Part shown: positions 62,251-64,000 of the stretch, in pieces
Numbering within the stretch: position 1 is the stretch's first letter
How the letters are laid out: the number at the start of each line of letters is the position of its first letter
Source of the DNA: Schmidtea nova
Taxonomy: Eukaryota
DNA: 64,000 nucleotides
Direction of reading: 5' to 3'
NCBI GenBank assembly: GCA_044892505.1
Contig: CM097882.1
Span: 547,274,001-547,338,000 of the forward strand
The notes under the pieces: model-generated
What the model saw: only the letters and a program-made list of their open reading frames with translations
Told to the model about the DNA's origin: nothing
Database searches by the model: none
Made by a program: the position numbers and the translations under genes

Positions 62251-64000
62251 TTAAACAAAACTTTCATCTTGGATATCTCCAGGTGGATCTTGGAATTGTT
62301 GATCTGGATTGATTCTTGGATCGGTATGTTGAAATATAACCAAGTCACCTTCCATATAATGGCCATATGCCAAGCTTTTATTTTTCGCCACCCATTTTCT
62401 TTTATCATCTGCGTTTGTCAGTGCAGTCTTTTCATTTTTAATAGTAAAAAGTTGGTGATTTTTACTTGTGATTCTCGTTTGGGGAACAGAAAATATTTGG
62501 TTATTATTAAAACAGTCCAGGCACGACTGATGCTTTATGTCAGTACCCGCTAATGTTGCCCCCTTAGCTTTATTAGTTTCCTCGTCACCTAAAAGACTAT
62601 AACATTTAGGTCTAAGAAACACCCACTCCTCGTATTTAAGCCCTTTATTCTCGTCTTTGAACTTGCCAATGACAGAATCAAGGTTCCTACTATATAATGG
62701 GTGATTCGGATCATAATTAGAAGTGTCAAGTAAGTTATCTCTTATCATGGCCGGTAAAAGAATATCAAGCTTACAATTTCTAATCTCAAGAAAAAACGAA
62801 TCGGTGTCACCAGCTACGATGTTAATTTCGCAGTTGAATTCGTTACGATATTTTTGTAACTCTTCATACTGCAGCCGGTACATTCTAAGTTTAGATAGAT
62901 CCAGTACAGTTTGACCAATGTAGCTGAGTCTATCCAAACACACCGATTCCTGATTCAGCAAGACGGCAACCAAATCATCGTCAATTTCGAAAGTCCTTTT
63001 AAAAGTTGGCTTAGAAGTATATGTAATCAGCCTAGAAGCCGAATTACATAATCTTAAATTTATGCGCTTTTTAAGATTCTCTACGGTTTTACCGTAGAGA
63101 CTATTATTTAATAATTTATAATAATTTTTACCCAGAGCATTACTTGATTCTGCTCTAAGTCTGGTATTGGTATCAATGTAATCCTTAAAAATACATGCTT
63201 GTTTAAATTTAATTGCCCTATGGACATGAGCTATTTTTACTCCAAGAGAAAGAAAAAGTTTGAGAAGTCTCCAATGAAGAACATAGTTCTTCTTGGGATA
63301 ATGCGTAAGCATCAACTTCTCAACCTTTGAGCCAGGTGGACACATCTTTTCAGCGGCAACTGGCAAATCATCCAGCTTGTCGTGAATCGAATCAGGAATT
63401 TCTAAATCGACTTCTAATGTAAATCCAAATGTTAATACTTCTAAATCAGCAGATTCACAGTAATAAATTATTTTATTTAATTTTTCCCTATCAGTTACCC
63501 ATTTAAATTCTTTATAAGGTAGTTTTTGGTTTAAGGCCCACCCATATAAATTATTTATATCTATATAAAGAAGCTCAGTGTCGTCGGAGGATACTACATG
63601 GTGTTTGTTAACAAATGTTAACCCACCACGGATCCCTCCTTCGAAAAAATTATACATCTCCATATCTTGAAGCAACTCGATAGGAGATTTCAAAGTCATC
63701 AAAGCTGAATTCCATGACATGCCTGGAATTCCCAAGAAATTAAGAGGCTCAAGTCGGTTATGTGCAATGGATTTTGACCTAAATTGCTGAAAAAAGTCGG
63801 CAAGTAAAAAAACATCCAATTTCAGGTATAACATCATATAATCAAACAATGTTTCACAATTAAATTCATCCCATATATGTTGAGCTTTTTCATACTCGTC
63901 GATTTTAACTCCTTCCCAAATCGGTGGCAACTCGTATGTATTTTGTAAAACCTCTAAAGAAGTTGCAAAATTATATGGGAATATGCCTTTGGAAGTAATA
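62251..64000 (-). CDS. Protein-primed family B DNA polymerase of a Polinton/Maverick (5' part beyond the window edge)
   Basis: KGIFPY, YLKLDV (ExoIII), GGIRGG, YIDINNLYG (motif A), KLLNNSLYGK (motif B), GDTDS (motif C), LRPKCY, KAKG; the frame is open to the edge. Confidence 0.92.
   Translation of the reverse strand, partial: ITSKGIFPYNFATSLEVLQNTYELPPIWEGVKIDEYEKAQHIWDEFNCETLFDYMMLYLKLDVFLLADFFQQFRSKSIAHNRLEPLNFLGIPGMSWNSALMTLKSPIELLQDMEMYNFFEGGIRGGLTFVNKHHVVSSDDTELLYIDINNLYGWALNQKLPYKEFKWVTDREKLNKIIYYCESADLEVLTFGFTLEVDLEIPDSIHDKLDDLPVAAEKMCPPGSKVEKLMLTHYPKKNYVLHWRLLKLFLSLGVKIAHVHRAIKFKQACIFKDYIDTNTRLRAESSNALGKNYYKLLNNSLYGKTVENLKKRINLRLCNSASRLITYTSKPTFKRTFEIDDDLVAVLLNQESVCLDRLSYIGQTVLDLSKLRMYRLQYEELQKYRNEFNCEINIVAGDTDSFFLEIRNCKLDILLPAMIRDNLLDTSNYDPNHPLYSRNLDSVIGKFKDENKGLKYEEWVFLRPKCYSLLGDEETNKAKGATLAGTDIKHQSCLDCFNNNQIFSVPQTRITSKNHQLFTIKNEKTALTNADDKRKWVAKNKSLAYGHYMEGDLVIFQHTDPRINPDQQFQDPPGDIQDESFV

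Overview
Very AT-rich, TE-dense eukaryotic DNA with nine N-gaps. The repeat spectrum (Penelope, mariner, Tigger, hAT, CsRn1-type Gypsy, Polinton) and a 42-nt intron suggest a flatworm or planarian-like invertebrate (inference). Only one clear host gene is present: an intronless class A neuropeptide-type GPCR (47917-48990, minus). Mobile elements: one apparently intact, very young CsRn1-like Ty3/Gypsy LTR retrotransposon (28968-35516; apparently identical 997-bp LTRs, PBS, PPT, TSD, 1355-aa gag-pol), a Polinton/Maverick-type protein-primed PolB running off the right edge, Polinton-like termini near the left edge, three 5'-truncated Penelope-like elements, Tigger, hAT and mariner relics, several MITEs with clean TIR/TSD, and solo LTRs. 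Two features stand out. (1) A degraded ~2.9-kb minus-strand block (about 58100-61000) reads as a negative-strand RNA virus in N-(P?)-M-G-L order. It has a Mononegavirales/borna-like nucleoprotein motif and a class III-like glycoprotein with a TM anchor, so it is a candidate multigene endogenous viral element. (2) Penelope-associated minimal hammerhead ribozymes: one with a canonical core and five copies of a U3-A8 core variant. All protein-family assignments come from motif recognition by eye, not from database searches.
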